A stretch of DNA of 64,000 nt from Mobula hypostoma (taxonomy: Eukaryota). This document shows positions 1-11,807 of this stretch, one piece after another. Below the pieces are notes generated by a model. That model saw only the letters and a list, made by a program, of their open reading frames with translations. It was not told where the DNA came from and did no database searches. The stretch covers positions 249,800,001-249,864,000 of the forward strand of contig NC_086097.1 in NCBI RefSeq assembly GCF_963921235.1, read 5' to 3'. How positions within the stretch are numbered: the first letter of the stretch is position 1; every line of letters begins with the position of its first letter. Both the position numbers and the translations under genes were made by a program.

Positions 1-1289
1 AAACTTGTTTTATTTCCATCTTTTACAGTTTCAAAATAACAAAAAAAGGAAGAGGGCCCAAAGCAAAGCCACTGTAGTGACATACACATACTTTGATAAT
101 AAATTTATTTTTGTGATCTATTTTAACTAAATCCCATCTGTTCCAAAGAAATAAATTCTGGCCTACCCAATCATCAGAGACAAAACCTCTCAACTTGGCA
201 ACATCTTTACAATTCCATTTTTTATATGGACTCTCATCCAATCACAAACTTCCTTTGACAGTGACTCAATGGGCATTCTTCAGTATTCTATCTGTGGCCT
301 AACTGTATAAAGACCCAGATGTTCTTGTATTTCCAATTCAGCCCGGCGCTCAAACCTCAGCTCTTTCCTCACTCAAAGACAGGCCCATATCGGAGCGGCA
401 AGGCCTGGTCCAACAGCGAGGAACAACCCAATGTTTGGATGAGTTAAATGGTGGTCTGGATTGAAAAGGTCAGAGCGTCGGGGCCAGGGGTGAGGGATGG
501 ACTAGTTCAGCTCGCTGCTCTTCGACACTTACTCAGCTCTGCACTGAACTGAGGGTGTGGCTTGGTGTCTACGGACAGTCTCACTTTGGTCAACTTCACT
601 TCTGAATGCCATTTGCTTACTTTTATTGTTTGCACGATTTGCTTTTTTTCTCTCTACACATTGGGTGTTCGACATTTTCCTTCATGGGTCCTTTTGGGTT
701 TCTTTGTTTTGTGGCCGCCTGTAAGGAGACAATTCTCAAGGGTGTATATAGTGTGCATTCTTTGATGATAAATGTACTTTGAACTTTTTTTTCCGCACTC
801 AGTCAGGGAATTCTTCTCAGCTGTTTTAGCTTTACCTTCCATCGCACTGCCTTCACCAACTTGCCAAAGGTTCCTCTACATCTCCCTGGCTTCATACTCG
901 CGGGCTGCCCCCGGCACAATCCTCAGACTGTATTAGCTATTATTACAACACTGCATTTCATGGTATGTTTTGATATATAATAAAACTCATCTTTAATCTT
1001 TCTCTTAGACCCACTGAAATGCAGAGGTAACTTGGATGCTAAAACTAATTCAAAAAACTAATCACAAAACTAATTCAACTGAACAGCTCAGGAAATGCAA
1101 GTACTTCTGGATGGCAGCACTTGCAAACTCAGCAGCCTCGCGGGGGCCTACCAAAGCTGATTTTCCCTTTGTAAAACTTGTTTTTTCATGATCACAAGAA
1201 ATTTCCACTCCAAGAACATCAGGTACTGCAGGGCTTCTCCATCAACGAGCTGCTCGTTGATCAGAGTAGCTGGACTGGTGTCGACGGAG

Positions 1290-1672
1290 CAGCCGGTCAG
1301 GGTAGCGAAGCAGCCCGCCAGTGTGTCGGAAGAGCTGGTCAGGATAACAGAGCAGCTGGTCGGGATAACAGAGGAGCCGGTCAGGATAGTGAAGCAGCCC
1401 ACCAGTGTGTCGGAGGAGCCGGTCGGGATAACAGAGCAGCTGGTCGGGATAACAGAGGAGCCGGTCAGGATATCGAAGCAGCCCACCAGTATGTCGGAGG
1501 AACCGGTCGGGATAACAGAGCAGCTGGTCGGGATAACAGAGGAGCCGGTCAGGATATCGAAGCAGCCCACCAGTGTGTCGGAGGAACCGGTCGGGATAAC
1601 AGAGCAGCTGGTCGGGATAACAGAGGAGCCGGTCAGGATATCGAAGCAGCCCGCCAGTGTGTTGGAGGAGTC
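1290..1672. repeat. Minisatellite, 84-bp unit made of four 21-bp subunits, about 4.5 copies
   Basis: 28-aa periodicity in three overlapping ORFs (PVRISKQ/PTSVSEE/PVGITEQ/LVGITEE). Confidence 0.95.
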
Positions 1673-2225
1673 GGTTTGGGAGCGAATTAGCTGACCTGGC
1701 TGCAGACCATGTTGCTGCCTGTTACTCAGAAGCATCAGAGTTGGGGCAGTGTAACCGTGGGAGATTGTTGCCGACGTTACACTTGCGATCGCAAGGCTCT
1801 GCTGGACATTGATAATGTACAGTGACTACAAAAAGTATCACCCCCATTGGAAGTTTTCATGTCTAATTGTTTTACAACACTGAATCACAGTGGATTTAAT
1901 TTGGCTTTTTTGACACTGATCAACAGAAAAGACTCTTTCCTGTCAAACTGAAAACAAATTTCTACAAATTGGTCTAAATTTATGCCAATTATTAAACACA
2001 AAAAAATTGATTGCATAATTAGTCACCCCTTCAGGTCAGTATTTAGCAGATGCACCTCTGGCAGCAGTTACAGCCTTGAGTCTGTGTGGATATGTTTCTA
2101 TCAGCTTTGCACATCTGGACACTGCAATTTTCCCCATTCTGCTCAAAACTGCTCAAGCTCTGTCAGATTACATGGGGATCATGAGTCAACAGCCCTTTTC
2201 AAGTCCAGCCACAAATTCTCAATAG

Positions 2226-2716
2226 GATGTGCAAACTATTGAAAGGGTGCAGAGGAGATTTACAAGGATGTTGCCTGGATTGGGGAGCATGCCTTATGAG
2301 AATTCGTTCAGTGAACTCGGCCTTTTCTCCTTGGAGCGGTAGAGGATGGGAGGTGACCTGATAGAGGTGTATAAGATGCCGAGAGGCATTGATCGTGTGG
2401 ATAGTCAGAGGCTTTTTCCCAGGGCTGAAATGGCTAACACAAGAGGGCACGGTTTTAAGGTGCTTGGAAGTAGGTACAGAGGAGATGTCAGGGGTAAGTT
2501 TTTTTACACAGAGTGGTGAGTGCATGGAATGGGCTGCCGGCAATGGTCGTGAGGGCAGATACAATAGGGTCTTTTAAGAGACTCCTGGATAGGTACATGG
2601 AGCTTAGAAAAATAGGGGGCTATGGGTAACCTGAGGTAATTTCTAAAGTACATGTTCAACACAGCATTGTGAGCCAAAGGGCCTGTATTGTGCTGTAGGT
2701 TTTCTATGTTTCTATG
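2226..2716 (+). mobile_element. CR1 LINE 3' fragment inside Tc1
   Basis: Nucleotide motif for RVQRRFTRMLPG; CR1 3' UTR ending in a TTTCTATG-type tail. Confidence 0.85.
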
Positions 2717-3565
2717 GATTGAGGTCTGGACTTTGACTTGGCCGCTCCAGGACATTAACTTTGTTGTTTTTAAGTTATTCCTGTGTAGCTTTCGCTTTAT
2801 GTATGCGGTCATTATCTTGCCGGAAAGCAAATCTTCTCCCAAGTTCTCTTGCAGACCAGACTGCATCAGGTTTTCCTTCAGGATCTCCCTGTATTTTAGA
2901 TTAACTTTACCCTCTACCTTCACAAGCCTTCCAGGGTCTGCTGCAGTGAAGCATCCCCACAGCACGATGCAGCCACCACCGTGCTCAGAGTAGGGATGGT
3001 GTGTTTTTGATGTTGTGCGGTGTTTGGCTAACGCCAAACATAGCGTTTATAATCTCATGGCCAACAAGATCAATTTTGGTTTCATCAGACCATAGAACCT
3101 TCTTCCAGCTGACTTTAGAGTATCCCACAAACTCTAGCTAAGATATCATGCGAGTTTTTTTTTTCAAACAAAGGCCTTCTCTTTGCCATTCTTCCATAAA
3201 GCTGCGACTGGTGGAGCACCTGGGCAACAGTTGTTGTATGTGCAGCCTCTCCCATCTCAGCCACTGAAGTTGGTAACTCCTCCAGAGTTGTCAAAGGTTT
3301 CCTTGGTGGTCTCCCCCTCTAGTCCCTTTCCTGCACGGTCACTCAGTTTTTGAGGACGGCCTGCTCTAGACTGATTTACAGCTGTGCCATACTCTTTCCA
3401 TTTCTTGACTTATCCGTACTTCAAGGAATATTCAGTAACTTGGAAATTTCCTTGCATCCATCTCCTGACTTGTGCTTTTCAATAACCTTTCACAAAGTTG
3501 CCTGGGGCATTCTTTTGTCTTCATGGTGTGGTTTTTGCCAGGATACTGACTCATCAGCAGTTGGA

Positions 3566-5417
3566 GCTTCTTCTGAGTTTTAATGATGGTTGGCAGTCCG
3601 ACGTAAAGGTGTATTACACCCACCAACCGGACTGGATTGTGGTGTAGAGAGTTGGGAAATAAAACCCCTACTAGTTCTTTATCGAATGAAAACTAAATTA
3701 CCCCAAAATGCCCCATAGATTGTAAATAATGAAAGACAATATTGTGAATTAAATTAATGTCACTTCCATAAGTTTTTAAATGTAAACTATCAGCCCCCAA
3801 AGATAGTTGTGAAGCCTACATTTTTTTTCTTTCAACCTTATACGCAAACATTGTAGAAGAATGTGCTACACACATAAAAGTTGCTGGTGAACGCAGCAGG
3901 CCAGGCAGCATCTCTAAGAAGAGGTACAGTCGATGTTTCAGGCCGAGACCCTTCGTCAGGACTAACTGAAGGAAGAGCTAGTAAGAGATTTGAAAGTGGG
4001 AGGGGGAGGGGGAGATCCAAAATGATAGGAGAAGACAGGAGGGGGAGGGATGGAGCCAAGAGCTGGACAGGTGATTGGCAAAGGGGATTTGAGAAGACCA
4101 TGGGACGGGAGGCCCAGGGAGAAGGAAAAGGGGGAGGGGGGAACTCAGAGGATGGGAAAGGGGTATAGTCAAAGGGACAAAGGGAGAAAAAGGAGAGAGA
4201 AGGAAAGAATGTGTGTATATAAATAAATAACGGATGGGGTATGAGGGGGAGGAAGGGCATTAACGGAAGTTAGAGAAGTCAATGTTCATGCCATCAGGTT
4301 GGAGGCTACCCAGACGGAATATAAGGTGTTGTTCCTCCAACCTGAGTGTGGCTTCATCTTTACAGTAGAGGAGGCCGTGGATAGACATATCAGAATGGGA
4401 ATGGGATGTGGAATTAAAATGTGTGGCCATTGGGAGATCCTGCTTTTTCTGGCGGACAGAGGGTAGGTGTTCAGCGAAACGATCTCCCAGTCTGCGTCGA
4501 GTCTCGCCAATATATAGAAGGCCACATCGGGAGCACTGGACGCAGTATATCACCCCAGCCGACTCACAGGTGAAGTGTCACCTCACCTGGAAGGACTGTC
4601 TGGGGCCCTGAATGGTGGTAAGGGAGGAAGTATGTCAACTGTTTCATTATGATGACAGAAACTACATACCCCAGAGTGATGTTTTCAACAAGATACAGGG
4701 AATAATTAAGCATAGTATGCCCAATTCTAAGTCGAGTCAATACAATTCCTTCCCTTCTTGTCTTACTTCCTTCTCCCATCAACCCAACAGTTTTATGTAT
4801 TCTGTAAAGGGGTCACCCCTTTTGTCTATTACCCCTCAGGTCTTGCCATAATCCTGTTATTCTTAGCCTGGCCAGCCCCTTTGCTTCTGATTTGCTAAGT
4901 GGAAGGTCAATATCTTGAAACAGTTGAATCTTAACAGCCTTTTTTGGCTGAACGATGAACCCACTCATTCCCATTCAGGGACCCATAAGCAGAGGACATG
5001 TAGACCATTGCTTTGAATATGAAATAAAATTTGAAGAGCTTCCAACAGCAAACCTGACCATTGCTAGAATGACCTGCTTTAAGATTAATCAAAACCAAAA
5101 AAGCTGAACAAATTATAACTTTGCAAGGACAAATTTCCTCCTCCCACTATAAGCACAAAATGATGGCAACCAAATCTGCTGTATATATTGATAAATGGTT
5201 CACAAGAAGTTTCTGTATTGTTACCTGTAATTCAGGCACAAAAACAGTAACACCAATATTCTTTATTAAATTATCTTTGATCCACCAGTTTAAATGATTA
5301 GCATATCACAATAATTTTCCTCACAATATTGATGAACCAATGGACTCTTAGGCATATCAGGATCCTTGGACGTCATTAACCTAAAATTGACTGAAGTCAT
5401 TGGAAGAAGATGGGGTA
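3566..5417 (-). mobile_element. 5'-truncated I/Nimb-clade non-LTR retrotransposon (RNase H plus C-terminal region)
   Basis: 7-bp TSD AGTTGGA at 3559-3565 and 5418-5424. Minus-strand remnants TGGSK, SIYTADLVAI, LWVP..GNE and RREGIVLTRLRIGHT. GAAGAAG tail. Confidence 0.75.
3866..4631 (-). mobile_element. Penelope-like element 3' fragment (GIY-YIG endonuclease plus pseudo-LTR)
   Basis: ORF 4260..4553 IYCVQCSRCGLLYIGETRRRLGDRFAEH is a GIY-YIG domain. Hammerhead-like motif at 3928-3963. Confidence 0.88.
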
Positions 5418-6645
5418 AGTTGGACCTTCCAGATACAGGGGTATTTTTACTACAATCAATTCAAAACACCTTGACTGCACACAGGTGATCTCCATTTAAC
5501 TAATTATGTGACTTCTAAAACCAATCGGCTACACCAGTGATGATTTGGTGTGTCATATTAAAGGGAGTGAATACTTAAACAAACAAATAATTTGTGTTAT
5601 ATATTTGTAATTAATTTTGATCAGTTTTTGGAGATCTGTTTTCACTCTGACCCGAAAGAGTCTTTTTCTGTTGATTGGAGTCAATAAAAAGCCACTGTGA
5701 TTCAATGCTGTAAAACAATAAAACACGAAAACCTCCGGGGGGGGGGGGTCAATACTTTCTATAGGCACTGTAAGCCGCTGAAGCCCTGTTACCCTTGTCG
5801 GTGGAGGGACAGAAGGTATGGGAGCTATGTAGCCTCAGGTGCAGCAAGAACTAGGCCTCAAGCCTTGGGTTTGCCTGCTGCTGCAGACCAGGTGAGTGGC
5901 ATGGAAGTGCTACAGCATGACTGAGCTCGGCTGGGGCCTGGTGTCTCCCTTTGGCGCTGCCTTCCTGTGTTCGAGTGGTGGAAGGACGGGCTGGATTGTG
6001 TGCACCTGTGCACTGCTGGGAGACTGTATCATCGATTGCCAGACGTTGTCACTCAGGGTATTAGACTATATGTTTTTTTTTCCTCAAGTGAGTATGCTTC
6101 TTTGCTTGAAATTTTGAATTGTGTTACTCGCTATTTTGAATGTTACTTGCTATTTGGAATTGTTTGCTTGCTACTTTGAATGTCTTGCACCTTGGCTCCA
6201 GAGGGATGCTCTCTCATTCAGCTGTACCAATGTATGGTTTGAATGATAATTAAACCTGATTTGATTTGATTGCTACTGCAGAGGCTGGGTTAAGAAAACA
6301 ACACTCTATTGTCCCCAGCACACTAGTGTTCCACCATCTACTTTAAAGTTGAATTTTAACATATTCTCTCACTTCTTTCTTCCAATCAGGGGTTCCCATC
6401 CTCTTTTTATGCTAATAACAGAGGGAGTCTGTGGAATCCCTGCTGTAGATACTCCCAGAAGATAGCTCAAATAATGTAAAAGTAACATGTAGGATATAGG
6501 GCTGTCGATATGTAATACTTATAACCTTTGTAGCAACGTTTAAAACAGTAATTAAGATCTGGCTGCTGGCATTGAAGCAACTTGACCCCTGTACCATCAT
6601 TTCCTGCATTATTAAGTCGATAAAGATTACCACAATTCACATATA

Positions 6646-7297
6646 CAGTCGACCCTCCTTACCCGCGGGTTTTTGCATGCGCGGATTCAACCAACCGCGG
6701 ATCGGGAAAACCCAGAAGCTCTCTCTCCAGCGCTCGTTGTTTGAGCATTTTTTCTTGTCATTATTCCCTAAACAATACAGTATAATAACTATTTTACATA
6801 GTATTTACATTGTATTAGGTATTTTAAGTCAGTGGTCCCCAACCTCCGGGCCACGGACTGATACATTGCCACGAAGAATGCAGCGGTGCAGCGGTGGCTG
6901 GAACACACCCAGCACATCTTTAAGAAAATAGCTGAAATAAACAAGCTAATTAATTAGGTGCTGCTCAAGATTAATCAGATCCTCTGATCTGGGCCGACAT
7001 TTACGTGCCGGGCGGCACCTAATTAATTACCTTGTTTATTTCGGCTTAAAAGATGTGCTGGGTGTGTTCCGGCCACTGCTGCACCCCTGCATTCGTTGCG
7101 GCAATGTACCAGTCCGCGGCCTGGAGGTTGGGGACCACTGTTATAAGTAATCTAGAGATGACTTAAAGTGTATGGGAGGATGTACATAGGTTACATGCAA
7201 ATACTACGCCATTTTATATACGGGACTTGAGCATCCGCATTTTTTTGGTATCCACAGGGGGTCCTGGAACCAATCCCCCGCGGATGAGGGCCAACTG
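6646..7297. mobile_element. MER2-like (Tigger/pogo) MITE
   Basis: TA|CAGTCGACCCTC...GAGGGCCAACTG|TA. The internal sequence closely resembles mammalian MER2 as I recall it. Confidence 0.85.
6830..7140. mobile_element. hAT (Charlie-type) palindromic MITE nested in the MER2-like element
   Basis: TIR CAGTGGTCCCCAACC; arms of about 130 bp; 8-bp TSD TTTTAAGT/TTATAAGT. Confidence 0.9.
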
Positions 7298-7590
7298 TAT
7301 TGTCTCTCCGTCTTACAACAATAACTCCGTCAAGCACAGTCCCATGCTTGGAACTGATTGATGGAGGATTGGGCGTGGAGCTAGCGACCCCATCCCGTAA
7401 CAACCCAGAGCTACAGAAACACCAACAGAAGCTCCAAAGAGCTCTTCCCTGGGAGAGGAAGGATCTTCAATAGGCCACACCTGGGACAAGTTGAAAGACA
7501 GAGGACTCCGGCGAGCCAACGTCAGCGGCCAATGCTCCAGTAAGGAATAGGCTGAAGATGAAGACATTAAAACAAATAGAATTTACCTAC

Positions 7591-7714
7591 TTTTCATATA
7601 TCCTTTGGCCCTTGGTGAAAACCTTCACGTCACTATCCAATGGGAAAGTGCCATCGTCTTTTCTGAAGCGGTAGAAAAGTTTGGCATCCTTAAATTCCTT
7701 GTGTTCATCGCAAA
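7591..7714 (-). CDS. DEPTOR: DEPTOR coding exon 3 (VCDEHKEFKDAKLFYRFRKDDGTFPLDSDVKVFTKGQRIYEK)
   Basis: Acceptor TTTTAG| and donor AA|GTAGGT; 124 nt; phase fits exon 2 (G+TT = Val). Contains the FKD..LFYRF end-of-DEP motif. Later exons were not found in 1-7590. Confidence 0.96.
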
Positions 7715-8029
7715 CTAAAAAGAAAGCACAGAAAAAAGAAGTGGTCTACTTTGTGGAGACAGAATGAGCCAGTACTGCCAGGCTGTTACAGGAACGGTTT
7801 GCTTGAGGTCATAAAAAGTGTTGTATTTACACAATTGACAGACCATGTGAATGTACTGGAGATTTTCAATCAACCCTGCAGTTTATCCACATTCAAACTA
7901 ACCAAAAACATGTACTCGATTAATGACCACTTGAGTGTAATTAATGACAAATCAGAAAACTAATGTATTCGTTTCTACCATAATGATTTCAAAATAGTTT
8001 AAACTTGCACCCTCCACAACAATTTGTAG

Positions 8030-8712
8030 GATTTAGAGGTTTGCGTGCCTCAATGACCTGGAGAGATATGCTGGCTGGAGTCAGGGCCGTAGGCTTCGGC
8101 TCTTGGTAGGGTCACCCATACCAAACAGGTCAAAGGGTAGAGGCCAGACTAAGAGTGGTCCACCGATCCTCCAGGTTTAGAAGTTCAGCTCAGCGTTAAC
8201 AACCCTGACTGGTCAAACAAAATTGTTGCAGAAACAGCAATGAAGAATCCTTCTACATCTGATTGTGATGATATTCCTGAGTCTCCACCTGGGACTTGCA
8301 CAGCTGACAGTCGTGAAAACCAAGAGGTAGCTACAGACGTGACGAAGGAAGCCATGCACACTGCCAGAGATGAAGAACTTTCATTGCTGCACTAAACTGC
8401 CAGTGGCATAATGGGCAGTGAGTGCCTGAATGACCCAGTGATCTATTCTGGCTGGAGTCAGGGCCTTGTGCTTTGGCTCTTAGTAGGGTCACCCATGCCA
8501 AACAGGTCCAAGAGTGGAGGCCAAACTAAGAGTGATCCACTAGTCCCCCATGTTTTGGGGTTCGGCTCAGAGCTAACCAAACAAAACTGTTACGGAAATA
8601 GCAAATGAAGAACCCTTCTATACCTGTGCACGATGGTATCAGAAGATGGCCAAGACCAGACAAGTGGAGGGCTGTCACATGCTGCCTTGGACAGTGGCGT
8701 AACAGGCAGCAA
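8030..8712 (+). mobile_element. Two tandem copies of an RTE/Expander 5'-end-like non-autonomous repeat
   Basis: Repeated GTGCCTCAATGACC...GGTAGGGTCACCCAT.CCAAACAGGTC. Related copies at about 14980-15200 and 36665-37070. Confidence 0.6.
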
Positions 8713-8733
8713 GTTAAATGAGTGGGATAGTCT

Positions 8734-11050
8734 GTGGTAAGGAAGGGTCATGCGATGTTAGCATTCATTTTGAGAGGATATAAAAGCAAGGATGTAATGT
8801 TGAGGCTTTATACAATACTGGTAAGGGCTCACTTGGAGTATTGGGCCCATTATCTAAGAAAGGATATGCTGACATTTGAGAGTGTTCAGAGGAAGTTCAT
8901 GAGAATGATTCCAGGACCGAAAGGGTTACATATAAGGACCAATTGATGGCACTGGGCCTATACTCACTGAAATTCAGAAAAATGAGGGGGAATCTCATTA
9001 TCATACATTTCCCAACACTGTATTCCATCTACCACTTTTTTGTCCGTTCTTCCAATTTGCCCAAGTCCAGCTGCAAGCATATTACTTCCTCAGCACTACC
9101 TACCTCTCCCCTTAACTTCCTATCATCCACAAACTTTGCCACAAAGTCATCAATTCCATTATCGCTTTTTAGTTGCCTTTTGTTGGATTTTAAAAGCTTC
9201 CCAATCATCCAACTCCCCACTCACTTTTGCTACTTGATATGCCCTTTCCTTGGCCTTTATGCAGTCCTTAACTTCTCTTGTCAGCCATGGTTGCCTATCC
9301 CTGCCATTTGAGAACTTCCTCTGTGGGGCATATCTATGCTGCGCCTTGTGAACTATTCCCAGAAACTTCAGCCATCTCTGCTCTGCTGTCATTCCCGCCA
9401 GTATTTTCCTCCAATCCATCTGGGCAAGCTCCTCTCTCATGCCTCTGTAATTCCCTTTATTCCAGTGTGACTTACGCTTCTCCCTCTCAAATTGCAGTAT
9501 GAATTCAATCACTACCTCCTAAAGGTTCCTTTACATTAAGTTCACTAATAAGATCTGGGTTATTACACAATACCTTTCACTGAGAAGGCTCAAGCACAAG
9601 TTGCTCTAAAAAGCCATCTCATACGCATTCAACAAATTCTCTCTCTTGCGATCCGACAGCAACCTGATTTTCCTAATTCCCTTGCATACTGAAGTCCCCC
9701 ATTACAATTGTGACGTTACCCTTCTTACATGCCTTTTCCAGTTCCTTTAGCAATCTCAACCCCACATCTCGGTTACTACTTGGAGGTTTATATGATTCCC
9801 ATAATGGTGTTTTTACCCTTGCAGTTTCTTAACTCTACCCACAAAGATTCAACATTCTCTGACCCTATACTGCCTCTTTCTAAAGATGTAATTCCATCTC
9901 TTACCAACACAACCACACCACTGTCTATGCCTTCCTGACTGGCCTTTCAATACCAAGTGTATCCTTTGTTGTTAACCTCCCAGCTATGGTCTTCTTTCAG
10001 CCACGACTCAGTGATACCCACAGCATCATACCGACCAACCTCTAATTGCACCATAATTTCGTCCACCTTATTCCGAATGCTACGTGCATTTAAATACAGC
10101 ACCTTCAGCCCTGCATTCTTCACCCTTTTGAATTTTGCCTCTGTGGTACAATTGAACGCTTTGCTCTGTCTGCATTTGTACCCAGTCATTGGCTTGTCCT
10201 TCCTTACATTCATGTTACACCCATCATCTACTTGTAAACCTGCTGGCTCTTTCTCAGCTCCATCATACTGGTTCCCAGCCCCCTGCCATATTAGTTTAAA
10301 TCGCTCCCAAAAGCTCTAATAAACCTGCCACAAGAATATTGGTCCCCCTTGAATTCAAGTGCAACCCATTCCTTTTGTACAGGTCCCACCTGCCCCAGAA
10401 GAGGTCCCAATTATCCAGAAATCTGAACCTCTGTCCCCTGCTCCAATTCTTCCGCCATGCATTTACCTGTCACCTCTTCTATTCCTATACTCATTGTCGC
10501 GTGGCACAGGCAGCAATCCCGAGATTACTACCCTTAAGGTCCTGCATTTCAGCTTCCTTCTTAATTCCCGGTATTCTTTTTTCAGGACCTCCTCCTTTTT
10601 ACTACCTATGTTGTTGGTACCAATATGTACCACGACTTCTGGTTGCTCACCCTCCCTTTTTAGGATTTCGTGGACGCATTCAGCAACATCTCAGACCCTG
10701 GCACCTGGGAGATAAATTACCATCAGTTTTTCCTTTTCACATCCACAGAATCGCCTATCTGTCCCATCCTCTTCCGTTCCCTACCCTTCTGAGCCACAGG
10801 ACCAGACTCAGTGACACAGGCACAGCTGCTGTTACTTCTCCCAGGTAGGGCGTCCCCCACCCAACAGTACTCAAAATGGGGCACTTATTGTTGAGGGGGA
10901 CAGCCACAGGGGTGCTCTAAACTCTCTGACGTTCTCCCTTCCCTCCCCTGACAGTCACCCAATTATCTGTCTCCTATAGCCTTGGGATGACCACCTCCCT
11001 GTAACTCCATTCCATCACTGCTTCACTTTTCCTAACGAGCCGAAGTGTCA
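8734..11050 (-). mobile_element. Rearranged CR1 LINE (ORF1 esterase, APE endonuclease, RT remnants; 8734-9000 inverted)
   Basis: LKVLYLNARSIRNKVDE..GITESW (APE, 9947..10213); FVAKFVDD (RT, 9029..9220); ORF1 SGNH-like PGARV/VHIGTN near 10.6-10.7 kb. Confidence 0.85.
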
Positions 11051-11059
11051 CACGGGTTG

Positions 11060-11400
11060 CATGACGTGGTTGATCATGGTTGTTCCACGACCATGATTGT
11101 TCTTGGCATTTTTTTTCTACAGAAGTGGTTTGCCATTGCCTTCTTCTGGGCAGTGTCTTTACAAGATCGGTGACCCCAGCCGTTATCAATACTCGTCCGT
11201 GATTGTCTGCCTGGCATCAGTGGTCACATAACCAGGACTTGTGACATGCACCCGCTGCTCATACGACCATCCACCACCTCCTCCTGTGGCTTCACGTGAC
11301 CCTGATCGGGGGACAGGTGTTATAATTTGCCCTAGGATGACCTGCAGGCTAGCAGAGGAAGGAGCACCTTTACACCTTTTTTGGTACAGACACATTTCCA
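11060..11400 (-). mobile_element. SINE with an RTE-type 3' end
   Basis: GGCAATGGCAAACCACTTCTGTAG motif typical of RTE/BovB-related SINE tails. Confidence 0.55.
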
Positions 11401-11465
11401 CCTGGTCACCATGAATAACGAAGTAACAAGAACCCAGTAAAATGATTAAACGTTTGTGAGCTTAC

Positions 11466-11644
11466 CATGATGGATCACTCCGTGATCTAGCAGCTTCTGT
11501 ACCAACTTGATTGCAGTTTCCCTGTCAGTCGCATCTTTGTGATCGAGAAGCCAATCAATTAACTCCTTCGCAACAAAACAATTTGGATAAGTTCGAAGGT
11601 GATATCGTCGATCCTTGATAATCTTTTCCTCGTGAAGTCGCAGC
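11466..11644 (-). CDS. DEPTOR: DEPTOR coding exon 2, DEP domain 1 (RLRLHEEKIIKDRRYHLRTYPNCFVAKELIDWL...GVIHH)
   Basis: Acceptor TTTCAG|G and donor G|GTAAG; 179 nt; phase fits exon 1 (AG+G = Arg). Classic DEP-domain sequence inside ORF 11446..11709. Confidence 0.97.
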
Positions 11645-11807
11645 CTGAAAGCAGAATTGCAACAGTTTAATGAAGATTTTAAACAATATTTTCTGGACTG
11701 AGCAGTCACCAGAGCTACCTAAAGAAATCATAGAACAAGAGAAAATAAACTGATCCTCTCTGGCTCATTCAGTACGAATGGATTAGTTAGAGATAGTTAA
11801 ACAAAAA

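Larger units (their letters stand above)
1820..5770 (-). mobile_element. Decayed Tc1-like DNA transposon with long (~200 bp) TIRs, interrupted by nested inserts
   Basis: TA|CAGTG at 1818-1824 and CACTG|TA at 5766-5772, with inverted-homologous ends. Transposase remnants HGGGCIVLWGCF..GRLVKVEG (2504..3037) and KTKE.. (3432..3626). Confidence 0.9.

Noticed and set aside
1148..1735. 168-195 aa repetitive ORFs as a real gene
   Set aside because: Fully explained by a tandem repeat with unit length divisible by 3; intronic, with no recognisable domain.
11645..11709. N-terminal extension MTAQSRKY... of the exon 2 ORF
   Set aside because: Lies upstream of the splice acceptor, so it is intronic read-through.
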